A DNA stretch of 64,000 nucleotides from Lama glama. Lineage: Eukaryota. A program made the translations under genes and the position numbers. The notes under the pieces were generated by a model. The model saw only the letters and a program-made list of their open reading frames with translations, searched no databases and was not told the origin of the DNA. Shown one piece after another: positions 40,501-54,965 of the stretch (positions are counted from its first letter, which is position 1; the number at the start of each line of letters is the position of its first letter). Location: assembly GCA_028534125.1 (NCBI GenBank), contig CM052816.1, positions 50,470,001 through 50,534,000 of the forward strand, in the 5' to 3' direction.

Positions 40501-42371
40501 CTAGAGTTTTCATTAAAAAGTATGCTCACTCTAAAATGAATGGTTCACTTTCCTTTTTTCCCATAACCAGTTTTACATATTTGAGGCATCCATTCATTCT
40601 TTTTTTCCAAAGAATATCCACTGAGCATGTATGTCTTATGTACTGGTCTGGCTTCTTATGAACAGTGGCTGACAAATTGGTGTCCCTTGTTCTCAATGGT
40701 TGCAGATTAGTTAAACAATACTCATATTAATAACACTAAGAGCAACTGCTAGCACATTTTGTATGACATAAACAAAATGTTCCATAAATGTAAAGTTTAC
40801 TTAAATTTCTGGTTAAATTAAGATTTGAGAGTTATTCAGAATAATCTTTTTTTCTTTTCCCAATCCTTAAGGATATACAAAATTCAAATAACATATTATT
40901 ATTGTTCTTTGCCTTGGTGAATGAGGTTTACTGACTACATTAAAATTTAATCTTTTCCTTTGATAATTAAGGCTCTTAAAAAACCTCAAGGTCATCCGTC
41001 TGACCGTAACTTCTCATTATACAGAGTAAGCCATTTGCCAAATGGAAATATCTAAGTTACAAATACAGTATTCTTTACATACAACCAATCACTTCACCTA
41101 GGACCTGCCTCCTGAGCTGTGCTGTTGGAGCCGCTCTTTTCTCCCAGAAAACTGGCATTAACCTACTGCCATGATCTTCAACACTGTGCATTACTCACCA
41201 TTCACCCTAAAACAGAGCTACTGTCAGTTGGGCACACCTTTACCAGCAAACACACAGCTAACCTGCCCAATTTTCCTCCACTCCTGCACTGCGACAACCA
41301 ACCAACAAGTGATTTCTCTTACGTAGAAATTTACAGCTTAAATAGATATAACTAGTACAAACATTATCCTTGAAATTTCTTTATTTTACAATAATACGTA
41401 TATCAATATTCCTTGCTCTCTGTCATAAAAAACTAGTAAGAAAACCCCAAAACCCTAAAGTAAAAATTCAGTTTGACTATATTGTATAACACAGTTTCTA
41501 GTATTCAAGAAAGAAATAAAGCTTCACAATGTATTGTGACTTTAAAAAGTGATATAATAATTACAGGAACAAATTTTAGGGAAATATTTCAAAAATTGAT
41601 AAAAGATATAAATACATGTAAATTAACATGACAAAATTATGTTACCTAAAACATCATTTACAACATAACTCTAGAAATGACTGCTGTTTAACTGTAGAAA
41701 TAGCTTTAAAAATCTTTGAATAAAATACTTTAGACGTGTATTAAAACTTTGCTATATGAGTAAAACATAACTGCAGATATTTTGACTTTACACCTGCAAT
41801 GTTCCATAAATGATCAGGGCCATTAGCCTTTTTAAAAGATTATTGCCAAAGATTAAAAGAAATCAAAAGTCTATTTCATAAAAATAATGGCCAAAATCCC
41901 ACATACGGATTTGAACCTTGGTTTACAAAGTTTTAGGCTTTGAGTTCAGTTTTGTTTTGTTACAAATGTAGTACATGTTCATTGGAAAATAATTCAAACA
42001 ATATAAGTATATGAAACAAAAAAGAAAACCATCACCACCCCATCCTCCCAAGTGTTGGCCCAGTCAACCCACCTTCCTATGCTCCCAATATTTCCCTGGG
42101 GTCCTGAGAAAAGATAACATTTAAAAAGTACTATTTATGTTTTGTACAAAGAGACCATTTTAAAACCTCTGACCAACTCCGTTACTAAGACCCAAATGGT
42201 TATTTCTCTTTCTTTCTATTAATATTACTTACAGAAAACAGCATCAATATTACAAATCAGTGTGTAAATTAGGCAATAACAAGTAAAAGTAATTATGTTC
42301 GTTTTAATCAATATCTATTAAAGAAACACTATAATTTAAAGTATCACTGAGAACTGAGGAATAGCACATTA

Positions 42372-42554
<183 letters not shown>

Positions 42555-43179
42555 TCACCTGTCATAAAAGAATAAAATTAATATTTTTGCAAGAAATTGT
42601 GACTATCAAATAGTGATGTATTGGTCTCTCAGTTACATTAAGCACAAAGGAAGTAAGTAAAACAGAAAGCTGTATAACAGCCAACCATCAACTCTGTAAA
42701 GCACAGTCCCGTACAATACTGATTCACAATTTTTACCGATAAGAAAAGCAGAGGCTCATAAATGGCAAGTGATTTGCCCAGGTCATGGAACAAAATAGAA
42801 ATTACTATCTCCAACAATATGAAGATTACATTTTCTCCAGAAGTCAGTAGGCTCTTTCTCTACAACAAAAGAAATGGTCACAAGAACTTGTATGAGTGAT
42901 CTAGGAATAATCTCGAGACTGGGATGTGATTATAATTGGTGAGAATAAATTTGATCAAGGGTCTTAGTCTCCCATCTGGAAAAAGACTATGTGAAATGAA
43001 AAAGGAGAGTAAGCACAAAGATTAGGAAAAGAAAACCTGAGAACCCAAGAACTGGCCGAACCCTGTCATGCCTTCTCTAAGAAAGGGGTTCCCAGGACTC
43101 ACCCTGTCCACTGAGACAAAAGTACCCTGTAATAGAGATGGGTTATAACAAGCTATCATAGCCTGACGCCAGTAAACTT

Positions 43180-44390
43180 TCTTTGAATTTTTATAACTTT
43201 ATATTGAAGTATTATATACAGGGAGAAGTATATATATCTAAAATCCAACCTGGTAAGTTTCACAACTGAACAAATCCATTATCAGTGTCTAGATGAAGAA
43301 GCAGAATATTACCACCCCAGAACTCATTCTCACAACACCTCCTTTCTAGTCACTATGTCCCCAAATAACCACTCACCTAACAGAGATGAGAGTTTTCAGT
43401 ACTTTTGTACTGTTACATAAATATAATCATACTGCACATTTTGTGACTGGCTTCTTTCGTTCAACATTATATTTGAGAAATTCATCTATATTGTTTCTTA
43501 GAGTTGTAGATCGTACTTTTCCAGGTTGTGAGGTTCAAACAGTGTTGTCACAAACATGCTAGCAAATATCTAGGCTTTTCTGTTGGTACATGCCTTTGAG
43601 TATATACCATGAGTGGAATTTCAGGATCAGAGGAAACACATATGTTCAGTTTTAGTATTATACAGACAAAAGTTTCCCAAAAGGTTTGTACCAATCTACA
43701 CACTTGGGATATGAGAGTTCTCATCATTCCATGTCCATGCAAACATTTCTCATCTTTTTAATTTTAGCCATTTTGGTGGGTATGTAGTAATACATTGTGG
43801 TTTTAATTCACATTTCCCTGATGAGTAATGAGGTTTAGTCCTTCTCATATCTTCACTGGACATTTGTATATCCTGCTTTGTGGAGTTAAATCTTGCCAAT
43901 GTTTTTATTCAGTTGTATTTTTCTTATTGATGTTCCTATTGTTATGTTATTTTCTTCTTGATTTATTCTTTATATTTTGTATATGAATCCTTTATAGATA
44001 TACATACTGTGAATATCTCCCTCCATTCTGAAAGTTACCTTTTCACTCTCATAATGGTATCTTTGGATAAAAAGTTCTTAATTTTCATGAAGTTAAAATT
44101 TATCAAAATTTCTATGCTATAGTTATATTTTTTATGTCCTGCTTAAGAACTGTTCAGTCACTAAGACATTCTACCATGTTTATCTAACAGCTTTACAACT
44201 GTACCTCTCACATTTAGATCTGCAATCCATCTGGAATTGATTTTTGTGCATCCTGTTAGGAAGAAGTCAAAATATATTTTTTTCCACATGGAGATCTCAT
44301 TGACCCAGTACCATGTATTAAAGATTATCCTTTCCCAACTGCAGCACTGTGTTACCATTGCCATAAATCATGTGACCAAACATGTATACA
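43180..44390 (-). mobile_element. Old L1M 3' region
   Basis: TTTAGCCATTTTGGTGGGTATGTAGT...GGTTTTAATTCACATTTCCCTGATGAGTAATGA; minus ORF KINSRWIADLNVR is ORF2-like. Confidence 0.8.
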
Positions 44391-44569
44391 AGTTCAATTT
44401 TTATTTGTTTGACTTTTTGTAGGAATGTGATTTTATATTTTCTACTTGGCTTATCAAGGTTATACTGAATAGTGATTCTGTTACTGTGGTTCAACATATT
44501 CATAATATCTCAGAGACCCAACCATTTAAAAATTTGATAAACTTTTCTTCTAAGTTTTAAAATCACTTA

Positions 44570-44905
44570 CGTAAAATACTGAGCAGGACAAGCTCAAGCA
44601 TAGACTTCTGTGGCTTGCCATTGGAAACAAGCCTCTCTTAGACGTCAGTCACTACTACTAGGCGAGTGTACTGCTGATATCTCCAGTTAAATCACAAAGA
44701 TATCAGTAAAGTCCTTTGCAAAACCTGCCTACTCTGCCAGTTTAGCAATATTATTTAAAAAAAAAATTTAGATTTTTTCTTAGTGACCCCACTTTCATTT
44801 CTAATGATTATGGATTCTTTTTCTTTTAATTCAAAAACTATTCTTCTGGTAATTCACTCTAGAATCTTGTTCAGATTATCCTCAAACTTACCGGACTGCA
44901 GTATG
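44570..44905 (-). mobile_element. Possible L3/CR1 fragment
   Basis: CTAGAATCTTGTTCAG...CAAACTTACCGGACTGCAGT resembles antisense CR1 RT (Y.PVSL) sequence; very degraded. Confidence 0.4.
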
Positions 44906-47900
44906 ACACATATTCTTTAGTTTAAAGCAAACAACCATATTTTTTTTTCTAATACTGGAATATCCTATGGCCATGTGCACTTCATTAAGAGATGCCTAAG
45001 CTATAGAAGCTAACGAACAAAACTAAAAAAGTACCCTAAAAATTACAAATACGCAAAGAAAAAACATTATAAAAAGTCAAAATTAGCAACAAAGCACAAA
45101 CTTCAAATATGAAAAACTAGAGAGAATTATTCTTTAATCACATAGTATGAATCTCTTACTAGATGATTCTGAAAAAGTTAAAAGAATATTCTTTAATCTT
45201 TTATTTGGGGAGGAGGGTACAAAATTACCTCAAATTTTTATGACAAATACAAATAATATACTATGACATTCCAAAGGTAAGTTATTCATTGACAACTGAT
45301 TAATAAGTTTCAATAGGAGCAAATTTTGAATCAACTTTTAATTTGCTTCCTCAATTTAAAAGTATTATGTTCTCACATATAAAGCATCCTATTTTTCTCA
45401 ATTAACAAGTGAATGTGAAAATAAAAACAACTCACTCTGTCAGCTCTTTACAAAACAAAGCTAACTTCTCTATCTTCTGGGGGTGAGAGGTATGCTTAAT
45501 TACAGAATGCTAGAGTTGTACTATCTTATATAAAAACTACAAGGAACCAGACAAAAGTCCAAAATGAAAGAAAATGATATCTAAAATTAAGAGTGTAAAA
45601 TACCTCTAAACTGATAAATCAGCAATAATTCTAACAGCTACCTAAAGATTACTCAGGAAGTTATTCTTCCCAATAAAAAAAAAAGACAGTTATAAAACAA
45701 GCACACCTGTAGCCACATCAATTAAGCACGTTACATTTTTTAAATATACAAATCTGTAGGTTGGACTACATCATAATCACTGAAAAAAGTAGAGTTATTT
45801 TTAAATATTTCATTTAGTCAAATTTTTTTCCTACATTGAGGTCTTCTTTGCCTAAATGTACTTAATTCTGAAATGTTTTATCCACTTGTAAATATTTTCT
45901 TTTAGATCAGTTAGTGAATACACTTAACATGTAATAAATTACCCACATTTTCTGTAATTCTTAAATTTGAAAATTACTGGAAAGTGTGTGCAACTGTTTT
46001 TCTATGCCAATCATTGAAAAAGACACATACTTAGAGGCTTACATAATTCCAATGGGCCCCAAACCCACAATTCTGGGTGGGAGTAGGGAAATAGAAACTA
46101 CTGTTGAAGGCGGTTTTTTTGCCTCTTTACAATTTATACACACACACACACACTGAGATACATACACACTTATAGAGATTATTTCTTCTTAAATATGCCT
46201 CAGAACCATGACTATTGTTAGCATTAATATAACTGATTATTACTCTAAAATAGCAATTGGTTTCACTACTATTTCTTAGCATGTTTGAAACAAATGACCA
46301 ATTTCTAATTACAGAAGCAAGTTAACTTAAAATTCAATATGGCAGATGCCCATAAGTAAATCATACTTTCACAATAATATAAAAGATTTTAATCTCAATA
46401 ATGTTAAAAAGACATTTAGGGATTGATTAGTTTTAACATCTTTGAATTATTCATGTTTCAAACATTTTCCAATTTTCTGACTAACTCTAGGTACTCATCA
46501 CAAAATCTAAGTATTTTAAAGATTCTATTATTTTCATTAACTCAGATTTGAAATTTTGGGTGCTACCTATGGGCCATATTTAAGTACTTAACATATTAAT
46601 AGCCCAAACGTGACAACTCAGTATCCTTTAAGTATTTTATGCCTCAATAGCCTAATAAATGTTTTCTTTATATCAACTGAGTTAATTTCCTGATAGTATA
46701 CTATTTGAACCAATTTTGAATGCACTTCATTCTTTTACTTAGTGAGGTCACAGTCTCATTAAATACAAATACAAAATACCTAACGCTCAACCATAGAAAC
46801 AGAAAAAGGATGACTTGGAATTTCTTTTAAGATTCAGTAAGAGCGAATCAAGGATCTCTTTGCTTTCACCAGTACTGTAAATGGGAATAGTCAGTCATGG
46901 GTTTTCTGCCCCAAGACTTTACTTGAAGAAAGGGGGTGGAATCATCTTCAGAAGGACTGATTGATTAGGGCCATAAGAAAGCCTGTGTTTTGTTTTTTAA
47001 GGGCACTAAAGGTCGGACTAGTATCAGCACCTCTCCCAGCCAAAACCAAGGATCTAAGACAAGCCTGCAGGTGGAAACAGTTGGGTCCCACCCCAATTTG
47101 TACATCAGTAGCTTTATTGAGAGCTCAGAACAGTTGAGAATTGAGAAGCTTATCTTTAGTACTTTGTGTCTTTGATACTTGGCTTCTCTCTTAGAAGAGA
47201 AGTAAGTTGTTGGCTGGTATGCAATTGATGTGATCTAGACTCTGAACAAATGCCATTCACAGTTGCTTCTGAATAAACAAGACGCTTTTTAAATTAGTTT
47301 ACAAAGAATTTTGTATGCCCTTTTGGATGCTGATAAGAAGGAGCGCAGAAGCCAACTCTCTTAGGTCAGCTCAAGTTAGTGACAACACTGTATCATTGAT
47401 AACACAATTTTGAACTTGAGCTTCTTTTATTTTCCTTTATAGTAAGTTATGGCTTCCTTTCAAGCTGCTTGGGCTGCAGGTGTTCAAACTTCAGCAGCAA
47501 TGCCAAGGAGTTGTACTTAACAGATCAGAAAGGGCTAAATGCATGTTTCTAATGAAGCAATTAACTTAAGTGCCCCCTTGTTGAAGAAAGTAGGCTGACA
47601 CCTAAAGTGAGTTCCGAATAAAGATTAGCACACAGCACATGTTGTTAATAGTCTGTAATTAGATTCCTGATCACATTATTTTTTATCTTATTTTTTAATG
47701 AGGAAAAGAAAAAATATATAAATTGTAAACCAAAAGCATAGTGATAAATTTTTTAAAGTACTATCACATTACAAAAATTAAAGGATAGGACCATATATAA
47801 TTGCTAGAAAAAAAGGAAAGACATATTTATGCCACAGCCACTGGGCTATTTACTTTTGTTAAGACAAACGTTACATAACAATTTCAGAAATTTGAGTATA

Positions 47901-48282
47901 AAGAAAAGGACTATTTTTTTTTAGTATTTTTTAAAGCATTGCTTATTCGTATTTATCTTAGAATTCTCACACTGAGTATTTTTTAATTAATAACTTATTC
48001 CAGTATTTTCATTATTAATAGCATGTTGACTTGCTGGTTGCTGTTATCTACCTGACCAAAGGGTAAATTAAAGTCTTTGAAAAACGACCACAAAATCAAT
48101 TTACCTTTAAATTTCCAAAGCAATTAAAATCAAAATAACCTCCTATAGAAGAAATGTTTTCCTGGAATTATGTTTTTAAGTTAGAATTTTATAAACTTTA
48201 AGGGTAGAGAATTTACAAGATTATTAAATACCTTTCTAATTATGTCAGGATTGTCTCCATTCTGTTAATTTTGAAATGAAAG

Positions 48283-48398
48283 TAAGGTGACCATCAGTAA
48301 AGGCTTGCCTGAAATTTTCCCAGTTTTAACAATGGAAGTCCCATGCCCTAGGAAAGCTCTCAACTACCCCAGACAAACTAGGATGGGTGGTTACCCTA
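48283..48398 (+). mobile_element. MER81-like hAT-Blackjack MITE
   Basis: TAAGGTGACCA...TGGTTACCCTA terminal inverted repeats, about 115 bp. Confidence 0.7.
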
Positions 48399-49407
48399 AG
48401 TAAGAGTAAAATGTAATACTGTTGGCATAATCTTGTTGAAAAATTTGTAATATACAGCTGATGTTCAAGGAAGACATTAACAATTTGACGCTTCAGGCGA
48501 AAAGCATTAGAACTATAAAGTAAGTGTAAAAACTAAGGCATCTTTGCCATGGTCATAGTCGATCTTCAATTATCTTTTATGAGTATGGAATGCCAGCTGC
48601 TGGCATTCCAAATATCGTATTACTGCTCATTTCCTCTGCTTATCTTTTACAAACACCATTAATAATCACTAGTTTCAGTGATTCGTTTAAATTCCACTTC
48701 CTCTCCTTTCTTTTCTTACCCAATAAGTGAGTATTCAAAAATAATGAAACATTCTGAATAAATTTCCCATATAAAATCTAACACCTAGATCCAAAATGCC
48801 ATAAAATTGGACCCAAAGTTCCAAGACTTTGACTTTGTCCATATTCATCAAAGGGACATTCTTGATTACAAATAACCATGGCAGAAAGAATAAGTCTGTT
48901 TATCACTTTGGAAACTCTAAACTTTCACAAGAACACTTCAGCCCTAAACAGAGTTTCATGTGAAGGTGACACGTAACAGAAATGAAGGGACAAGATAGTA
49001 CCTGAAATATAGCATTAGCTAAGCAACAGTCTTTTTTCATTAAGAATTTAGTAATTATGATTTCTTACACCTCAAAGTTATTTAATTTCAGAGTAAAGAA
49101 GCTCCTATAAAAACATCACCAGTTAAGCTTACATATAGTGTTTCCTACTTGAAAATGTGCTGCTCAAAAGTGAAATATAACTAAAAGCACTTGTATGAAA
49201 AAGAAACAAGATTTGTACTGTACTTTTCCTCTACTCACAAACCCACCATTAACTTACAACTATACCCCTTTATCTGCCTATTTTTCTAATGGCAAACAAG
49301 GCGATGAATGATAAGACCGGGGTACAAATGAGAATTAACCCTGAAAAAAAAACTACAACATACCCTCAACTGATGACCCTACCTAATTTTGTATGGCTAT
49401 ACAAAAC

Positions 49408-49490
49408 TATTCAGGAACTATATGAAATTGCCAATATTTAACAATTTTTAACCTATAAAATAATGTCAATTTCACATGGTCCAAATAATA
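49408..49490. mobile_element. MADE2 mariner MITE
   Basis: ATATGAAATTGCC...TGTCAATTTCACATGG inverted repeats, about 80 bp, TA-flanked. Confidence 0.7.
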
Positions 49491-50019
49491 GTAAGTTATA
49501 AACAGCACATGAGGACTTACATACCTACCTGGATGAATAATTCCATGCTTATTGCCCATGCTCTCACTGATGAGTCTTAGTCATTTGCAACCACATCCCT
49601 GAACATACTGTGGACAACTCCAGTGGGAGAAGGTTCCAAGATAAAAAATTCAATTCTGAGTCAACCCTTGCTAAAGCATTCTCAAATTGAACTGAAACTC
49701 TGTACGTCCTAAAATGTAAACCAGGCCTTGTTCTTTTCAGCGAGGACAGATGCTTTAATGCCTCCAGGGGCTGCATAGGTCAGGGGCAAGCCCAGCACAC
49801 TCACTGCATGACTAGCGGGGACTGAGGCAGACAGGAAATTCCCAGGGACTGTACAAAGGCGGCAGCCACTACTCAGTGCAGACTGTTAGTGTGGGTAAGT
49901 ATTGATCCTGGGTGCTCTGCCACTTTGAATATTCAAAAAGCCTACATGTCTCTAGTTTTACACTGGAGCCACCTGACTTTCAAAGGTGGCTCATATATTT
50001 TAAAACCTCTGGGTGTGTA

Positions 50020-50770
50020 CGTGGTATAGTAAGAAATATATTTGTTCCTTGTCCCCAAGAGAGCGCCCAAACCCTTGGAGTTTCCTGAGTGACAGGAATA
50101 TCTTTTATTGTTCTCGAGGACCCCCTTTCAGTCATACCAGTGTTTATGCTAATGAGTTTATCCTTAGGGTGGGGGTCGCTAGATAGCCTCAGGATGTGGC
50201 TGGTCACCAGAAAGGCCAAAAGATTAAAAGGCTGACACTTTCAGCCTCACCCCAACTCCAACTCCAGAGAGGAATGTGGAGTTAAAGACTGAGCTCTATA
50301 AAAACTTTGAAACAAAGAAGCTGGGAGTGCAGGGGTGGAGGAAGAAGTCTTTTGGGTTGATGAACACATCAATGTACTGGGAGAGCGGCATGCCCAGTCA
50401 GGGCACTGAGCTCTGCACACTGACCTGCCATACTTGCCCTATGCATCTCTTCCATTTGGTTGCTCCTCAGTTGTATTCTTTGTACTAAAATGGTAAATAA
50501 AGCATTTTCCTGAGTTCTGGAAGCCATTCTAGCAAATTATCAAACCTGAGATTGTCATGGGGACTCCCAATTTATAGCAGGTCAGAAGTATGGCTGACCC
50601 AGGGCTTGCAACTGGCATCTGAAGTGAGGACAATCTTGTGGGACTGAGCCCCTTAACTTGTGGAAACTGACTATAACACCAGACAGTGATAGAATTGAAT
50701 TGAATTGTTGGACACCTAGTTGGTATTGGAAAATTGGAAACTGGTTTTTAGTGTTGGAAAACATCCAATA
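50020..50770 (+). mobile_element. MER21-like LTR
   Basis: AAACCCTTGGAG, TATGCTAATGAG, GCTGGTCACCAGAAAGGCCAA, CTTGTGGGACTGAGCCCCTTAAC. Confidence 0.75.
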
Positions 50771-53700
50771 TGCCAAACAAAACAGCCTTAGCCCAGCTGT
50801 TAAGGCTATTGGTGTATAACCTCCACAATCTGAAACCAATTGTTTTATCCCCAAGCCCTTGGAATAGGGAATCTTTACCTGACAAATCTGACCTTTTCTG
50901 TCACTGGGACAAAGAGGCCCAGATTGGCCTCTCACAAATACAGTGACTTTTGAAATATGGCATGTCAAGCATAAATATTTATTTAGATCCTGCCAGACGC
51001 CAGGTACTATGCTAAGTGTTAGGAATAGACCTGTGAATGAAATAGACATATTCCCTGACCTCAGAACATTTCTACTCTCAGGAAGAGAGAGTCAAATAAA
51101 CATGTTACAAAACATTGTGATAAGAGCCATAAAGAGGTAGTAAGAGGAAACCTCTCCCACTCCCAACAAGGGAACCCAGATGAGACACACTCAGACTCCA
51201 AGAGTCATGAGAAGTTTTCTGGAGGAAACGGGATCTATGACCTAAACGGTGAGTAGGAATTCTGAATCCACCATTGCCGACTGCCCTTTTGTTTATGCTC
51301 TTCCCTTCTAGTCTACATATGAGTATCTATCCATCCTTTCAAGGTCTGGGAGCACTGAAAGCAGCTGTGATCAGCCTTCAAGGATCCCAGATATCAACCA
51401 TCTTATCCCCCAACTGGAGAAAAAAGAAAGAAGGCCTAACATAGGGAGGATATGAGGATCATCATGTTCCAAGAGATCCGGCCCCATCTTCCTCCTAATG
51501 GAGGAGGCCCCGAGCTGAATTATGTCCACTGAGTCACTCAACAGTGAGTTTAGACTAAAGAGCTACTGATTCTTTGAAATTAACTTTGATGGCTTCAGAA
51601 TTCTAGAATCACTCTACTGACTTCCCATGTTTTGATCTCTACAACATTTGAATAAAGCAAGCAATGAAGTTAACCTAGATTAGAAGTCATTTGTTACTAC
51701 GGTATCAGAGTATTGGACGCTGTGCTTCTACAGTGTGGAATGGCAGTGTCTGGCAGCCACTATGTGTAGCAGGCAGCAAAAAAAATAAGGCCACATGGCT
51801 AAGATAGAACCTCTTTACATTATCATAATAATCAGAAAGATTAATCAATCCATCACCCTTTTATGACTATAACATAACATCAATCTTGAAATCCTGAAAA
51901 GTTAGATTTCTTCAAAAGATTCTGAAATAGCACTGAATCAGAGATGTCCATGCCTACAAAACATAATGAAGTCATCAACGATATTCAGACTACAGAATTA
52001 TCAATGATGATTTTCTCATTAGGAGGAAGTTAAAAATATCACATGCTTTAGAAAAATCAAGTAAGTAGTTATTTTTAAGTTAAACACTTTCCCCAAAGAA
52101 TTAATGAAATATTTAGTAACAAAGTTACCTTGTGGAAAAGAAGTTTAATTTTGTAATGCAGAATTTAAAAATCTGATCTGAATAGCCATCCAAAGTTATT
52201 CTCCGAGTCACCCAGTGCACAGAACAAAACCAAAATTTTCCACTAAGTTGCAATAATGAACTGACATAAATTTGAGGGAAACCAGTTATTAAAAGTCCAC
52301 TCCATAACCAGTCAAACATTCACTGAGGAAGCATTGTGTACAAACTTTGTGCTCAATAATAACTCCAGCAAATTAAAACAAACAAAAAAGTAATGATACC
52401 TTCCCTCAGAAGCTTCTGATCCAGTTAAGAGAACATGACAAAATAGAGTTCTACAAAATTATAACTAAAATACAAGGTAGTATAATTTTGCTAGATAGGA
52501 GTTAATGTACTAACAGAAAAATAAGAAAGAGATATGTTAAATACATGGTAGATGATACATGAAGTTTCTGCATTTTCTAGTGTAAAAAAAATTACATGAC
52601 CAAAATAAACAGAAATAAGAGATATTAAGAGGAATACAAAGTTCATAAAATGAAATGCCAACAATAAACTAGTAGAGTCACTAAAAACAACAATGTAATC
52701 CCAATGCCTTAAAAATTACCACTCATTAACAAGTGAAATGCATATTAGTTAATTCAGTTTGGCCTATGTGAATATTCATCTTTAACCAAGGTATAAGAAT
52801 GTCCAATGAAAGACAGGAAACATAAAATATCCAGAAGGATGCCCCCTGATGTGAATGCTTTTCATTGTAAAATGAATGTTATATATTAGAGGAGTTAGCT
52901 CCAAACTAAAGATGGGCACTAAAATAAATTATCAAATTTTCAAAACACAAAGTCATTTGAAATATTTTGTGAATTTTAACACGATATCTTGCTCAGAAAA
53001 CAAAGACAAATGTTAACTATGCTCAATTTTATAGAACTGCTGTTGTTTGGAAATGCCTCATTTTTGGTTAAACCTCATTTAGGAATTATCTATAATACAG
53101 ATATCTATCTAACTGATGGACAGTAAGATTCAGTCAGGTTAGAACATTCTAGGACATGAAGATCATGGTTAGATAGTTAGATGAAAACATTTGGTTCAGG
53201 TTTATTTGGTTTAATATCTAAGGAGGTTGTTAGCCTCAGGACAAAATGAAAGAGATGGTGGTAATAATTTGAGAATACGAACAACTAGATAAAGACAGAA
53301 AAATTAAGGTACATATTTGGCTAATTACAATGTGTGATACAGAAAGAGCCTTATTAAATCATTAATTTCTCCTAAAACCTCAAGCTATGTGGCTATCAGT
53401 GAGGGAGTAAAACAAAAATGTACTGAGCATATGTCATGAACTGTGCTGGGAACTTTACATACATTACTTTAATCTTCAGAATCACCCATTCTAAAAACAA
53501 GAAAACTGAAATTGAGCAAAGTGCAGTAAAGATAGAAGCATATTCAAAATTAGGTCTATCCAACATACTGCCTAAAAAGTCTCATCCCTAGACAGCCTCT
53601 TTATGAGTCTCATGTTTAACCTTAAATTAAACTTCTTGGCTCTCAGTCTTTCTGAATTTTCTCCATTTATAATTATCAAGGTACCAGAATTATAGCCACC

Positions 53701-54319
53701 TCTTACCTTTAAATGTTCTCTGCTTCTGCTGCTATTGAATTGCCTTTCCTTAACCTATGAACAACTTATCACAATGTATTAACACAAATCTAAATCATGA
53801 GCTCATGTATAACCCAGAATTTCCCATGTACAGACTTCAAATAGTAGAGGCAAAGTTCTTTATACAACATTAGTATACCATCTCCACAAATACTCAATTT
53901 TAGATTATTCTAATAACAAATAGAATTTTCAAAGTATAGAGTCTAATCCTTCTTCTACTGAGAACTCATGAAATTCTAAAGAAAAACATTCTTTGAGTCT
54001 TTATATGGCTCAAGATATCTACAGAAACTCCTAACATCACTTGTTTTAAAATTAAAGAAGAGTTACTAGAGTATAAATTTATGGCCAGCAAACATGTCTG
54101 TATATATAAATATTCCTCTTTCTTTCCTCCACATTCTGACTTCTTTTATTTCCTAATACAAATTCTGTCTTAAAGCCAAACTTCTTGTATTTTGAGAGAG
54201 AAACAGGAAAGAACTCATAATCCATTGGCTTAACCAATACAAAAAATAACTCATTATCCATTGGTTTCTTTGGCAAAAGCCATAAATCCTCTACATAGCA
54301 TTATGTATGATATATTCAT

Positions 54320-54965
54320 GCTAAAAAATAAAAAATCCAACATGAATCTGATCAAACCTCCAATTATAGGAAACATAAAGGACGAAGGAACATGTTAAAT
54401 GGAACTAAAGGGATGCAATCAGCAAAATCCAGACTGTGGGACACTTCATAGGGCAACCTACCCAGTTTTTCCAACAAATAAACTTCAATACAAAAGGGAT
54501 GGGAAGGTTGGCATATTTAAGTTAAAAGAGACTTAAAAGCCATAAGCAACTGAAAAATAAAGACCTTATTTAAATCTTGGCTCAACCAACAAACTACTAA
54601 AATTTATCAAGTAGTAACTGGAGAAAGTTAAAAGACAGATTAGGTACCTGATAATAGTAGGGAATTACTGTTAATTTTTTAAGGTATGTTAATAGAATTG
54701 TGGTTATGTTTTCTAAAAGTGTCCTTACTTTTTAAAGATAGTAAGTACTTTTTAAAATATTACATGTTAGAATATTTACAGATGAAATTATACTATGTCT
54801 GGAATTTGTTTAAAAATAATTTAGAAAGGAAAAGTGAAGTATGAGTAAGATATAAATGAAATGAGATGGGCCATAAGTTGATAACTGTTGTGCTAGGTAA
54901 TAGGAATCCATTAGCCTCTCTACTTTTATATATATTTAAAATTTTCCATGATAAAATGTATAAAA
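54320..54965 (+). mobile_element. Old L1 (MC/ME) 3' UTR fragment
   Basis: ATGCAATCAGCAAAATCCAGACTGTGGGA, AATATTTACAGATGAAAT...ATGTCTGGAATTTG, AAATTTTCCATGATAAAA. Confidence 0.7.

Noticed and set aside
50582..51049. 155-aa minus-strand ORF
   Set aside because: Spans L2-like and MER21-like repeat sequence; no domain or splice support.
54212..54267. Imperfect direct repeat AACTCAT(A/T)ATCCATTGG with 36-nt period
   Set aside because: Two copies; consistent with an old local duplication.
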